Positions 24,985-38,297 of a DNA stretch of 64,000 nucleotides are shown here, piece by piece; position 1 is the first letter of the stretch, and each line of letters begins with the position of its first letter. Origin of the DNA: Podarcis melisellensis (Eukaryota). The stretch lies in NCBI GenBank assembly GCA_964234715.1, contig OZ174284.1; one strand, 5' to 3'. The notes under the pieces are model-generated. The model saw nothing but the letters and a program-made list of their open reading frames with translations. It did not search any database and had not been told where the DNA came from. The position numbers were made by a program, and so were the translations under genes.

Positions 24985-25350
24985 TATTTTCTTGTTGGTT
25001 TTGATATGAAACAAACAGAGAAGTAGAACAAAACAAAAACAAGCAAACATAGGGATGATGGATGACACAAATCACATATTGTATTCTGTGGCAAAAGAAA
25101 AGTTAACACAAGAATTCCAGATCTCACAGGAAGCCAAAATAAAGTGTTGTTGTAAGTGGTGTTTATTTGTATACGAAATAAATTTCCTCCAGACAATTGT
25201 CTGGTGTTGCCATCTTCACATATAGAATATAACTTTTTTCCAAAATAGCAATGTTGCTGTATCAAAGCATAAATTGAATTCTTGTAATGTTTTCCATTCA
25301 AACATGCAGCAACCAATAGAAAGATTTCTAGATCTTTTAACATAAACATC
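24985..25350 (-). mobile_element. Old L1-like 3' fragment
   Basis: Minus-strand remnants LLVAA... and IVWRKFISY resemble the reptile L1 ORF2 C-terminus. Heavily decayed. Confidence 0.4.
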
Positions 25351-26129
25351 TTATCATTATGTCCAAATTAAATAGGAGAGCAAGAAGGATAACCAAATCC
25401 ACTTCTTAATAATTGCAGCCATTTCTTTGAAAACCAGGAACTAAAATGTATGGACCTTTGGGTCTTTGGGTATTTGACTTCCACCACAGTTGGAAGTATG
25501 TTCCCCATGCACCAGAGTCCTGCCAACAAATGGGAGGTGTGTTAGATGTTATTTGTGACATCTGCACTGGGGTCCTGTACCACCTATGGTTAAGTGTGGT
25601 TTCTCTAGTATGGCCAAGATTGAATTTATCGGCTAATCAGACCATATTGCATTCCAGTGCTCTGGTTGTGCAATGCTCACCCTAGAGAGGCTTCTTTGGT
25701 GTCTAACTTAGGGGCTTTTTCTTGCCAGGTTACTTTAATTCTTTAGTTCTTTTATAATTTTTAATGCTCTTTATAAGGTTTGCCATTCACGGTTTTGTAT
25801 TTTCTGTTTTTGTTATCTGTGCTTGCTTGTTCTTTTTTAAAAATAAAATAAAATACAGCATTCAAACTGTATTTTTCTGTGCCCCAGAGAATGTAAGTTA
25901 CTGGACAGTATATGAACATAGTAAATAAACTAAAGTACACCAGAGAGAGCAACATATGGTCACTGTTATATTATTGGCAGCTCCCAGTGGGATGAGAGGG
26001 ACCCAGATACAGACTGCAATAGCAAGTATGTGAACCCCAATAATATAAATAGAAGCTTCTGCCAAGTAGATCTGTTTTGTTGTTAATCAGGGTAGTCAAT
26101 GTGTGCATGTGTGTGTTTTATCTCATGTG

Positions 26130-26890
26130 TAGGAAGTAGCCATTGACATCCTATTACACCAGGTGTTTCTCTTTGGCTAGCTTAAGTACTCCGTTTGGCT
26201 GTATCCACGCAGGGAATATTAAATCATGTAAACTGTTGAATGACAGCCCTGACAAATGCCATTGAATGGGAGGAGGCCCATCAGCTCTCCACTCTCCGTT
26301 CGCTAGCTCTTAGCTAGCAGCCAACGAATGGAAACTGCCTTGGCATCAAAGTGGTAAAGTTTAGCCATGCTCTTGGCATACAGACAATGCTTTTAGAGTG
26401 CCATTGGCCAGCTCCCTGCATTTTCATGCAGGCGCTTGGAGCTTTCCCAGCGACAAGGTTTTGGAGAAGTGGCACAGATGTGTGATATACTTTCTTTTCA
26501 GCTTAATTTTTCCCTGCATTCATTCATGCCACAGGTCTCATTACAGAATCAGGCATCAGAGCCAGAGCCTGAACGCCGAAGCCCAAGTGAATTACACAAA
26601 TGTTTCAAGAACTGGAAAGGCGTTCAAAGGGGCATGGCTGCCAGAGCCGTATTTCTTTGCCTGGTGGCTGTTTCAGGTGATGGGGATTCGCTATGCCTCG
26701 GCGACTCTGGAGGAGGTGGGGCGAGCTGCGAGCACGACAAAGAAAATAATATGTGTTTATATCATTAACCGCAAGGTTGACTCCAGCAATAGAGGTCTAA
26801 ATCACAAGCTCATATATTTTTTGACATTTTTAATGCTTATATGAAGCAGCATAACGTGCTCTCTGACAATTTCAATTAAACGGTCAGGAT
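26130..26890. promoter_or_regulatory. Putative conserved non-coding element
   Basis: TE-free block that retains CpG, with TGACA (TALE), CATCAAAG (TCF/LEF) and TAAT motifs. Untested. Confidence 0.35.
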
Positions 26891-27043
26891 GTGTCTAGGC
26901 GGGATGAAACAAAGCACAGGTAGTGTTGAGTCAAAAGGAGAATTCAGCTTGCCTGAAGAATTTGTATTAGGATGCAGACTCAGGACTGGTGATAGGTAAG
27001 TTCCGTTCAGGGTGGATTTAGCAGGGATATGGAAGCAGAAGAG

Positions 27044-27280
27044 TTTGGATTTGATATCCCGCCTTTCACTCCCTTTAAGGAGTCTCAAAGCGACTAACAT
27101 TCTCCCTTCCCTTCCTCCCCCACAACAAACACTCTGTGAGGTGAGTGGGGCTGAGAGACTTCAAAGAAGTGTGACTGGCCCAAGGTCACCCAGCAGCTGC
27201 ATGTGGAGGAGTGGGGAAGCAAACCCGGTTCACCAGATTACGGGACTACTGCTCTTAACCACCACACCACACTGGCTCTC
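27044..27280 (-). mobile_element. tRNA-derived CORE/MIR-like squamate SINE
   Basis: TGACTGGCCCAAGGTCACCCAG core, tRNA-like head (reverse TCTTAACCACCACACCACACTGG) and L2-like tail. Confidence 0.8.
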
Positions 27281-27530
27281 AGCAATTCAATTCAATTCAC
27301 ATCTAAAGGCAAATCTACCCAGTCTGCACTTTTGGAAACAATACGTGAATTGAAACACAGCAGTCAATTGAAATGTAAAGTTCTCCAGATTTTGCAACAC
27401 AGTTCTCCAGTCATGTAATGTGTAAAAATTTGCATGTGTTAGTGAAAATAACATTAAAAAAGTGAATGAATTTTTTTAAAATAGAATTTTTAAATTTTAA
27501 GAACTGGGGTTCCATTTCCCCCCTCCTACC

Positions 27531-27845
27531 TGGCGCTGTGGTCTAAACCACTGAGCCTAGGGCTTGCTGATCAGAAGGTTGGCAGTTTGAATCCCTGCAA
27601 TGGGGTGAGCTCCCCTTGTTCGGTCGCAGTTCCTGCCAACCTAGCAGTTCAAAAGCACGTCAAAGTGCAAGTAGGAAACGGCGTTTCCGTGCGCTGCTCT
27701 GGTTCGCCAGAAGCAGCTTAGTCATGCTGGCCACATGACCCGGAAGCTGTACGCCGGCTCCCTCAGCCAATAAAGTGAGATGAGCGCCACAACCCCAGAG
27801 TTGTCCATGACTGACCTAATGGTCAGGGGTACCTTTACCTTTACC
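27531..27845 (+). mobile_element. Sauria SINE (slightly 5'-truncated, internal deletion)
   Basis: Consensus match with about 30 bp missing after GCAAGTAG and an (ACCTTT)n tail. Confidence 0.93.
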
Positions 27846-28122
27846 TCCACCCCACCCTTTGTGTTAGTTATGCCTTTAGGTTGTAAGCTGGGGACAGGAA
27901 CGGTCTTGTTTTATATTGATCTGTATGATGCTCTGGAAGCGTTCCTGGCTGAAGAGCAGGGTAGAAATGCTTTAAACAAATAAAAAGACACAGAAGACAC
28001 GATCAATTGCCCATTGGCTTAAAAAGATTGCACCATGCCCAGCCGTGGTTTCTGACTCCAATTTTGCTTGATGCGTTACAGAGTTGTAATATGTAGAGCA
28101 ACACCGTGATTGCATTATATTA

Positions 28123-28295
28123 TACCGTATTTTTCGCTCTATAACACGCACCCGACCATAACACGCACATAGTTTTTAGAGGAGGAAAATCCGTAGGCAT
28201 GCCACCCGTACGCATTTCCGCCATAACACGCACAGACATTTCCCCTTACTTTCTAGGAGGAAAAAAGTAAGTGTTATGGTGCAAAAAATACGGTA
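28123..28295. mobile_element. Tc1/mariner (Tc2/Tigger-like) MITE
   Basis: TA-CCGTATTTTT...AAAAATACGG-TA, with an internal ATAACACGCAC repeat x3. Confidence 0.88.
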
Positions 28296-28356
28296 ATTCA
28301 ACAGTGGCAGGCAGAAGTAATGCCAGGCAGGTTTGCAAAATTCTGTGGGTACTATT

Positions 28357-28359
<3 letters not shown>

Positions 28360-28401
<42 letters not shown>
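28360..28401. repeat. (GA)n microsatellite
   Basis: Direct inspection. Confidence 0.95.
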
Positions 28402-28403
<2 letters not shown>

Positions 28404-29060
28404 GTTTCTTTCCCTATTTGTTTTCTGTTATCATTCTGTAAATCTGCTGCTTGCCTGGGTTTGAATGCCTGTCTCTGTGATGGAAGAAATTGTGCTTGGT
28501 ATGGGGAGCCATTCCCTTCCATCACAATACATTTAGGTGAAAGAGGGATCCCCTGTGTTTACTCTCACATTTCTACAGTCTAGACAGGACAAGTAGGTTT
28601 TAACAATACTCATATTAAAAATTCATTGCCTCTGGAGAGCTGCCACATGGCTTTATTAGGCTGTAACCTTTTCAACTCGGGTAACTATGAGATAAGTTCC
28701 AAAGAAACGAATGTGGTAGTGCAGAGACAGCAAAGACACACAAACACAAAACACCAGTGGCAGCATACTGAACATCACTACTGGGAAGCTACCGTGTTTC
28801 AAATCCTTCTGAATATACAACCTCTGTAAAGTATTTTAGGGTGAACGATACTGCAAGTATCTGTCAAATGGGGTCTTTTTGGATGCAGTGACCTGGAAGC
28901 AGGCGTGCAGTTGGGTAAAAATGCTACTTTCCTATCGCCACTGTTTGGAAAACAAAATTAGGAAGAAGGAGGAGGATCTAGCAGGTCAAAATATGCTATT
29001 TTTGGCTCTGTTTAGCAATGTATCGGCCCTGAAACACCTGGTGGCCAGAGATTTCTGTAA

Positions 29061-29372
29061 CCTTCTCGGCTGCGGCTCCAATCTGGTGGAACGCTCTGTC
29101 ACAAGAGACTAGGGCCCTGCGGGACCTGACATCTTTCTGCAGGGCCTGCAAGACAGAGTTGTTCCACCAGGCCTTTGGTCAGGCGCAGCCTGACTCCCTC
29201 CTCTGGCAACCTGCACAGAATTTTGCTTAATCGGTTGCCATTAATTTGATTTTAATTAATTTTTATAATGAAATATTTTTAGAATGTGTGATTATTTGAC
29301 TGTTTGATTATTTGATTGTTGTTAGCCGCCCTGAGCCCGGCTTCGGCTGGGGAGGGCAGGATATAAATAAAA

Positions 29373-29428
<56 letters not shown>

Positions 29429-29438
29429 CATTATTATT
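29061..29438 (+). mobile_element. L2 LINE 3' end with (TTA)n tail
   Basis: Encodes FSAAAPIWWNALSQETRALRDLTSFCRACKTELFHQAFG, followed by a GCCGCCCTGAGCC...GGGAGGGCAGGATATAAAT stem and a (TAT)n tail. Confidence 0.88.
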
Positions 29439-29731
29439 AAGTGTGGTGGGAGGAAGCAAAGGGGTGCAATTCAGTTCACATTTCAGTACAAAGCTACCCA
29501 GTTTGCACTTTATGAACCGAAATGCCACTGTTTGGGTCGTCCCCCCCACCACCACCCAAAAATGTTGCACTTATGTGATGTGGTTAGCCAACCCCGCCCC
29601 CAGATGTGTACCAAATTAGAGAGAAGCGCACATAATGAGTGCAAGTAACAACCACCAAACTATAGTATTTGGCAAAAAGTGGTCATAAAACAGCAATGAA
29701 CACTTACCTGCAAGAAAGCAGGAAATATGAA

Positions 29732-29763
29732 TACAGTGGTAGCTCGGGTTAAGTACTTAATTC
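29732..29763 (-). mobile_element. Isolated TIR of MITE family A
   Basis: TACAGTGGTAGCTCGGGTTAAGTACTTAATTC, as at 11072. Confidence 0.75.
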
Positions 29764-30037
29764 ATGTATTGTTCTGGATTCAGTTTATTCCTCAGGAGTG
29801 TGAATGTTAAGGATATGAGACTTCAGCATGTTCCATTTGAGTGGTGGTTTTTTTTTAATGTTATGCTTACTTATTCCATGCAACACTTGTTACTTGTACA
29901 CAGTTGATGACAAAACAAAATTAAAAGATAGAAATGCTGCTGCTGCTGTGTGTGTGTGTGTGTGTAGACTTCTGTAGAAACATAGTGAACTGAATTTAAG
30001 ATTGGAAGAAGCCTTCTCCTCTCTCTTGGTTCAGCAG

Positions 30038-30984
30038 TGTTGCAGGACGGCCGAGACTTCACCGAGGCCCCAACAAGGGAGCTGGAACAGTGGTGCCCCT
30101 TCTGATAGGCAGTGGGGGCTTAAGCCCCTGCCACCTATCAGGAACTAGATCCTGGCCTGCACCCAGCTTTGGCTAATGGGGATGCAGGCTGCGGACTTGG
30201 ACTGTGCCAGGGGTGGAGCCGATGAAATAGGTAGGCTTATGTCGGAACCACCCCTTGCCCTTTTAAGCAGCCAGCACCTGGGGCTCGGCCTGTTTATTGC
30301 TGCACCAGGTTTCCCTGCCCACCCACTCACCCTCGGTTTAAGCTGATGGTCAATGACTTTGCTGTGGCTACGGTGGTTGTCATCTTTCAAGGGGCTGGGT
30401 AGGAATTTGCCCACTGGGATAAATGACTCTTACCTGGTGGTTTTGCCTACCTCCTAACAATCGTCACAACTGGTTGGGCATTGGGACAATCCTTTGTTTT
30501 GGATGGAGGGGAGGTTGTAGTCTTCGCCTGCCCCTGAGGTATCCCATTAAAGCAGCGGTTCTCAACTTGTGGGTCCCCAGATGTTGTTGGACTACAACTC
30601 CCATCAACCCTGAGCTCTGGCCTTGCTAGCTAGGGGTGATGGGAGTTGTAGTTCAACAACATCTGGGGACCCACAGGTTGAGAAAGGCTACATTAAAGGA
30701 ATCTGGAGGGAGTGGCCATATCTGCGTGCCCAGGTGGGGCCAGGACTGAAGACACACCCCCAGACGACAGTCCTTGCAGGGGTCACCCTATTTGATGTAA
30801 GTCTAAGGAATCTGGATTGACCACACGTCACTTCTGGTAGCTGGGCCGGAAGTATTTTGTTTGCCCCATGCCCAAGCCAAACCTCTTTCATCTGTATTCA
30901 GTAAAGTTGCAGCCTGTTTTGACCCAAAAACCCCAGCCTCATTGGTCTCATATTTGCATGGGTTGGGGTAAGGGGAACCCGACA
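30038..30984 (+). mobile_element. LTR-like element (family of 19087 and 38298) carrying a nested hAT MITE
   Basis: TGTTGC...GACA ends, TTTTAAG TATA-like motif, AGTAAAGTTGCAGCC poly(A)-signal-like block and shared internal block. No TSD. Confidence 0.65.
30553..30690. mobile_element. hAT (Charlie/Buster-type) MITE
   Basis: Palindromic, with 8-bp TSD CATTAAAG. Confidence 0.9.
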
Positions 30985-31199
30985 CCTGATCTTGCAAAAA
31001 GAAACTTAAAGAAACCAAAATTGATATATTTGTTTCTCCCTGGGTAGAAGCATCAGACAGAGGGAAGCATCAGAAGTGGGACTTTGCAACTGCCGGGCAC
31101 CCAAGTTAGCTAAATCAGGGTCCTTTGCTTCTGTTTTCTTAGTTATTCAAGTGGAAGTTTTTAAAAGGGTAGGTGAAAATCCTGCTTTCCTGGCCATGC

Positions 31200-32360
31200 A
31201 GTCCCTCACTCTCTCAATAAAGCAGATTAATGGCCTGGGCTGTAGGTGAGGTATTGATGAGTCCATAATGACTACCATGTGCTTGTCTACAAAATCTTTG
31301 CAGCTTCACTTCCTAAATCATCTTCCAACGCTTCCTGTGACTTATATGCAGGTTGCCAGCTCGGCTCAAACTCGCCTCCTGTGATTTTGCTCGTGAACCA
31401 ATTTAGCAATTGGAAGGCAAAGTCATTTATTGTTGTTGTTGTTTTGCTTAAGGTTTAATTTACCTGGAGTTTAATTAAATAACTTTGTTGAAAGCAAATT
31501 GCCCAATTTAACATAATAGAATGTGGGTGAACTCGTAAGTGATTCACGCCCTGTGCTTACCCCTTCAGGGATGTGCCTCAGCTAAAGGCACCAGTTCATA
31601 TAGGAAGGCCTCCATTGTGTTTATTCACAACTATAGACTTTGCTTCATATAATCCATCAGTAACTATTTTCTGTGTGGAAGAATTTCTTGGGTAGGATAG
31701 TAAATGTGGGTATCCAGGACAATTTCAGTTGCATATGAAGAAGCCTCGTGAAATGACAGTGCTCTGTACTGAATAGTAAATTGAAAACTGAGGTAATTTT
31801 AATCTGTTTTAGCATTTTAACTTTTGTATGTTTTAAAGTATGCCCGTAATCCCCCCCCCCCGGATTTCCCTGTCTTATCCTTTCGTAAACTGCTTTGAGG
31901 TTGTTTGTTTTACAACCAAGAGATGTATAAATTTTATGAAACAAACATTTGGATCAGAAAGACTGTTTGAACCCCAGCTGCAGTGTAAAACTCATGGTGT
32001 GATGTCAGGCCCAGTAGTGATTGGCCAGCGGGGCTACAGTAGGGCCCTGCCCAGCATCGGTGATGTGGCTGGGATGGCACAAGGACGGTAGCAGGTCCTC
32101 ACTCCCATGCTGTGTCACTGAAAAGGCCCGGCCACAGCACCACCCACTGAAAAAGATGAGTGAACGTCCCACAATTGTGTAAAGATCAAATGGACAGAAA
32201 CCCATTCCGAGTTTCTTTGGGCGCAGGGTGGAATGAAAATAAATAACATGCATGTGATAAAATAAAAAGTGCCTGTTTGCTGGAGTTCCGCAAATGGCTG
32301 AGGAATTCCGTGGCTGGTTAATAATTAAGGGCAATTGATTACTAGGAACATATATCAGGG
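31200..32360. promoter_or_regulatory. Putative conserved non-coding elements (31200-31560 and 32100-32360)
   Basis: Unique sequence with dense TAAT, TTTATTG and ACAAT motifs. Untested. Confidence 0.3.
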
Positions 32361-33015
32361 ATGTTCACATATATTAGGGATTTTCACACAGAGAGGGGAT
32401 ATGGTTCCAGGCCCTTGGGGTAGCGACACACAAGATACTGTCTCACACAGACTGAGCTGCTTGTATTGTGTTGTTGTGCGTGCTTCATGTTGCACCAGTG
32501 ATGGCTGGTGGCAGAAGACAAAGATAGCAGCTGGAGACAGAGCCAGCTAATTCTCGTTTTATCTTGCCCCTTTCCCCTGTAGCAGTTTGACTAAGGAGGA
32601 GGAAACTGACAGACAGTGGATGTAGGAAAGTAGACCGGCACATGGGGGCTGGCTGAGGGCAGGCTGGTGTCAGTGGGGCAGCATTCTGTTCACCCCAATG
32701 GACTAGTCGGCATTGGCTGCATATTATTGCACAATGATAGGCGCTCCCCATTCCATCAGCTTCTCCCAACTTCCTAGGCATGCCTCCCTCCCATGGCCAC
32801 GGGGGGGGGGCAGTCTTAGTGCTAATTCTTGGGCAGGAGAAGTGTCAAAGGGGAGGGGGATAGGGTTAAGAGTGAACTACAATATTCTACAGCATTTTGG
32901 CTGCAAAGGAAGTCTGTGACAGTGTCTGGGATTAATAGGGACAGCTGAATCTTTCATTTCTAGCTGCTCTGATTTTTCCACCTTAAACTCAGTTCTCCAT
33001 ATTTCCATTGCAATT

Positions 33016-33019
<4 letters not shown>

Positions 33020-33066
<47 letters not shown>
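33020..33066. repeat. (TA)n microsatellite
   Basis: Direct inspection. Confidence 0.95.
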
Positions 33067-33067
<1 letters not shown>

Positions 33068-33559
33068 CTTTAAAAATCCATGTGAAAGTGGCTCAGCATT
33101 TCTGTGCAGGTTTCTTCATTTTTGTATACAGTTTTGTCTGTCCCTGGCATTTTTGCAAGCAATTTTCCTGTGGGTGTTGTTTTCATGAATCGTATGCACA
33201 GACTTCCCTAATAGATGCAGTTTTGTGCACAGAGCTTCTCAAAGCTCAAAGAAATGTGGATTTCAAAGGATAGCTGTGTTTCGGTTTGTGTGTTAGTTTG
33301 AGAAGTGTGAATTCGGTATCCTTCCGAAAATACAAACATTAGATTTCTACCCCCTCCATAGGGACTAGTGCAGTGCAAGGAGGAGAAACCAAGGAGGTAC
33401 TCCAGCAACTTGGGACTCTCCTAGTGTTTTGGACTACAATGCCTATCAGCCAGTCCAAAACATCCAGAGGGCACCTGGTTGGTGATGCCAAAGGCTTTTC
33501 CCATTCCTGCCACCCTTTATTCAGCCGTCCCACTTCTCCCACTCAATCTCTCCTGAGTC

Positions 33560-34400
33560 TTCAATGCACAGACTCGGGCTCCACGCTGATTAATAAGAGC
33601 GCAGGGCAGATTTGGCATAACCTCAAATGCTCCTTTGACGGTATAACCATTAAACAAGTCACTGGGGTGGCTGTAAATATTCTGAACAATTGCTTTTCGA
33701 ATTACAGCATTCCACAAATGAATCACTGGACTCTATGTCCTTATCATGAAAGAAAGGTGAAGGACCAGCCAGCCGATTGTCAGATGCTGAAGAGTGATGC
33801 TTGCGCTGGCTTCCATTAGTGTATTTAAAGCTTTCAGCTCACTGATTAGTATAGTCTGCCTCCCAGCTCTCTCAATATCACGTCCGTTTCAGTTCTCCCG
33901 AGCCCCATTAAAAATCTTTACTTCATCACTTTCTTCTTATAGCCTCCTCGGTGGTTTTGAGAGTGTAGCAGAGGCTTCACAGCTACCCTTATAGTCTGAT
34001 AAAGTGGGCAATTTCCAGATACCTGCTCTGCCTTTATAGTCCACAAGTAACGTTAAAACATTTACTAGCAAGGATTCGTTCCAATCGTTATGAACTGTTT
34101 GTAAGATTCAATGCACATGAGTGTTTGAGACAATCCTAATTGCAACATTCAGAGCTCATTCAAAACAACAGGCAATCCTTCCTTGCCTCTCTCTTAGGAA
34201 TGATAGTCATAAAGTAATTCTGTTCTTTAATTTATTCGGGGCCTGCCCAACACCAAGTTAAATGTATCGTCTCTCACTTTCTCTGGCGGAAAGCATTCGG
34301 GAATAAAAGAGTTCTTCACTCTTAGTGTTTACTAAGTCATTGAAAGCAATTCTGTTTTAATGCAGTAAAATTTGTCAGGGCCATCTCTCTGTCCCCAGCT
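33560..34400. promoter_or_regulatory. Putative conserved non-coding element
   Basis: TE-free, with TGATTAAT (Pbx-Hox-like), CCTTTGA (TCF) and CATTCC (TEAD) motifs. Untested. Confidence 0.35.
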
Positions 34401-34532
34401 TGCAGTGTTTAGCATTGCAGCCAAAGGCTTAGATCTCACGAGGAGCATCAGTGGTAAAGCTATGTCTGGGCTGTACCACTTCAGAATGCAGATGGGGCTG
34501 AAATGATTAAAGGCTTCTCTATACTACAAAAT

Positions 34533-34863
34533 GGGACGCAGGTGGCGCTGTCGGTTAAACGACAGAGCCTAGGACTTGCTGATCAGAAGGTCGGTGGTTC
34601 GAATCCCCGCGACAGGGTGACCTCCCATTGCTCGGTCCCTTCTCCTGCCAACCTAGCAGTTTGAAAGCATGTCAAAGTGCAAGTAGATAAATAGGTACTG
34701 TTCTGGCAGGAAGGTAAACGGCGTTTCCGTGTGCTGCTTTGGTTTGCCAGAAGTGGCTTAGTCATGCTGTACGCCGGCTCCCTTGGCCGTTAAAGTAAGA
34801 TGAGTGCCGCAACCCCAGAGTCGTCCACGACTGGACCTAATGGTCAGGGGTCCCTTTACCTTT
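34533..34863 (+). mobile_element. Sauria SINE
   Basis: TSD TATACTACAAAAT and an internal ~20-bp deletion. Confidence 0.95.
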
Positions 34864-37642
34864 TATACTACAAAATAATAAACTAAAGATGTCCATCCAC
34901 ATTGAAAACAAGATCCCAGGAAGGAAAGTCCCAATGTGCCTTTTCCCCATGTGCAGGAGTTTTTATTGCATGGGGTGTATTCAGGCATGTGAGTGAGTGT
35001 GCGTGCGCATACACACATGGATGTACATATGAAAACTCCAGGCAAAGTTTGCTAGTAATTACCCTTAATTATTAGCCAGTGACAGAATTCCTCAGACATT
35101 GTGGCTCCAGCAAATGCACACTTTATTTATCCTACATTTATTTGCCAGAGCCCAGCACATGTCTTCGGCTTCTGATCTATTAGCCAGTCAGTCTTTTACC
35201 TTCCTTTCATGGTAGGATATAAAGTCCAATGGCACATTTAAATGCTGCATCCCCAATCAATCTATTCCACTGGCGACTCAGATGAATTAGAAAGGTAGGA
35301 ACAAACAAACCCTAGTCACTTCAGAAGAGTCTGGCTTCGCTTTATCACTCAGAACCATTGCCAAGGTTTTAGGTCCCTGCCTTCCAACATCTATCACATG
35401 TTTTGGAAAGCTGTCTGTTAGCTAATGCGTTTGGACACCTCTCAAGATATCCTAACCAAATAAGGCATGGTGGTTCCTGAACTCAAGGAGCAGATACTTG
35501 GATGCAGCTGGGTGCCATTTTGAATCAAGGTGGTGAACTGAACTTTTCAAAATGGCACTGATTTCAACCACTTGATTTCAAAACAGCATTGTGGGTTTTT
35601 TTTTGGGGGGGGTGCCTTAGAATTTCTAACCAATGCAGGGTACAGGACTGCTAGTTTAAAATAAAACATGAAATGTTTTGGGCAGTGGATATATGTAATG
35701 CCATTGATGCTTCCAAGGGAGTTATTTAGACCGGGATGCCATGGTTACAGACACTTAACTAGCTGGTATACATTTAAAATCCATATAACTTAGGTGGAAA
35801 CATAGCAGTATGACTAAGGATAGGGGCCTGATCCTCTAAAAGGCAGGTGTGGTTGAGCACTAATGAGGCCTACTTTACATGTTACAGTATTAGGCATATG
35901 AATAAGAGGTTTTATATGCACACTTAAAAATGGAAAATGGGATTCTGCATGGACCAGGAAATAAGGAGATAAAAGATGTTTGGGTCTTTCAAGGGTTAGG
36001 GATATGTAACGGGGTGGAGGTGGTGGAGATAATTTTGCTGTTCTTTGTTCTTAAAAGCCTCATTCATTTAAATGTGTTTGAATCAAATTCATTTCATTAT
36101 TCATTAGCTGCTATGCCATTCATTTTTAATCCAGCCCCAGCTTGAAGCTAGGAATCTTAGAGCCAGAGCATCCTCGACCGATGCCTGCCAAGCCTCTACA
36201 GTGCAGATGCTCAGCTGAGAGGCTGAATATTTGAGTGTGCCCAGGAGATAGGCTTCTGACCTCAGGAACCCAATTAGGGCTAAGACTCCATTGGCCAGAC
36301 TGTACAAGAAAGAGACAACAGAGTCACCTTAGTCCTGCTTATAATGCTGTGAAGTCCTGGTTAGGGAAAGAGCAGTAATGTAACAAAAATATTTACAAAC
36401 ACAGGGAATCAAGGAGTTGTGGTTGGCAGTAGCTACCCACTTGCCATCCATCTGATGGCAAACCAAGTTTTGCCTTGGCACGTCTGAAAAAAAAATCCTT
36501 AGACGAAATGTTCGCCGCAAAGGAAGTGTAGTTTCTGCATTTTCTGGAAGCAGGGCAGTTAATAAAGTCATGAAGAATTAAAAACTAATTTGTATTAATA
36601 CCTTCACCCCAGCCTTTTAATAAAGTCTTTTCATCTTAACTCATATTAATGCAACTGAAAATTCACAAAGAATCACTGACTACCAAGCATGGATGTGCAA
36701 AAGTGTGTGTACAGCCCTCTCCCTGTATTTATGAGAAGGTAGTGCTCCTACAAACCCAGTCAAATGAAGAGAAGGAACACCTTCCAAATATAGGCATGCA
36801 AACTATATAAATTCTGCAGAGCAGAAAAATATGTTTCTGACTACACAAAGCTGCTGAAAATTTGATGAGCAATTAGCCAAGTGGGACTGTAGACTGTAAA
36901 GTTGATTTTTTAGTAGGTTACATTTAGTAGGTTATGCCAGCCTACTGTTACTTTTGAAGAAATGTTTATTTTTCATTTTGCTGGTTTTAGCATAACTCAT
37001 GATGAATATTCATAGGGTCTTAGTGACAATTTTTTTATATATAAAAAATGTGTGTTCTATTAAATTAAAGTTTCAACCTAAGAATCTACAATCTTAAAAA
37101 ATAAAATAACATATGAGCTCACTTGCTTGCTCAAGGCCAATATGTACATAAGGTTTTGCAGTTTGATCCTATGGGGAATGCCATAGAGTTTTGCCATTCG
37201 TATTCCAGTCTTTTAAAGAAAGCAATAAGAAAAATATCTTAATCCTTTTCCATTATCTGGGATAACTCATTTGATCCTTTGACTTGTACCCTCATTATTT
37301 CTTGGCAGATTAGCAATTAGATAAACCATGAATATAATTTGATGCCTGGGGGGGGGGGGGAGGTCTCAACATTAGTTAAGTTTTGGGTGGCATCCTACAG
37401 GTTTAGCTCCAAGAACATGAGAGCAAGCAGCAAGCAGGCAGGAAAACAGAAAACACAAGAAGACAACAGGAACTCAGAGTAGGAGGGTCCATAGATCAAC
37501 CACAGAACATGCACATTATAAGATGATGTTCTATCGACAGAGAAAGGAAAATCTTCAAGGATGGGAGGCTGGGGAAAGAAAGGACAAGGTGTAAGATACA
37601 ACTCTAATAAAGGCTTCATACATCTTCCTCCTCTTCTTCTGA

Positions 37643-37770
37643 GATAGTTCAGTCAGGAGAACATGACACTGTTAATCTCAGGGTTGTGGGTTTGAGCCCC
37701 ACATTGGGTAAAAGATTGGCTTTGGACTGGATGACCCTTATGGTCCCTTGGCAACTCTACAATTCTATTC
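37643..37770 (+). mobile_element. tRNA-Lys-like SINE with CR1 3' tail
   Basis: Head TTAATCTCAGGGTTGTGGGTTTGAGCCCCACATTGGG and tail TGGACTGGATGACC...GGTCCCTT..CAACTCTACAATTCT. Confidence 0.65.
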
Positions 37771-38297
37771 TTCTTTTTCTTCTACTACTTCTTCTCTTTG
37801 TGTTTTTCTGCCTTTCTTTTCTTTTTCATTTTGTTTGCTTCTCCCTCTTCTGTCTTTATTTAGATTAGTTTGCCTTTTAGTTTATTCTGTGTTGAAAAGT
37901 TTCAATAAAGAGGACTGATAAGCAGAAGTCCCTTATTTATTCCTTGGCTAAAAAGACACTAGGTACATCAGGTAGCATGTGTCGGAATGAAGAGTGTCTG
38001 AAAATCACTGCTTATCCATGTAGACAATGGTGGACTGAGTCATACTTCCCCACCTGGTGCCTTACAGATGTTTTGGGCTACAATTCCCACCAGCCCCAGC
38101 CAGCAGAGCCAATATTCGGGGATGATGAGAGTTATGGTACAAAATATCTGGAGGGTAGCATGTTGGGGTGGTTAGGCTAAATAAAGGCAACTTCCCAAAG
38201 TTCCAGGAATGCAGGGCAAGCTGAAAAGAACCAAAGCCTAGCAGTTTATGGAAAGCAGATGTCCATGTGAAACAATTAGCCTGTTATTTCAGGAGAG

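Noticed and set aside
26398-26844. 148-aa and 110-aa overlapping ORFs
   Set aside because: No recognisable homology. The region fits a non-coding regulatory block better.
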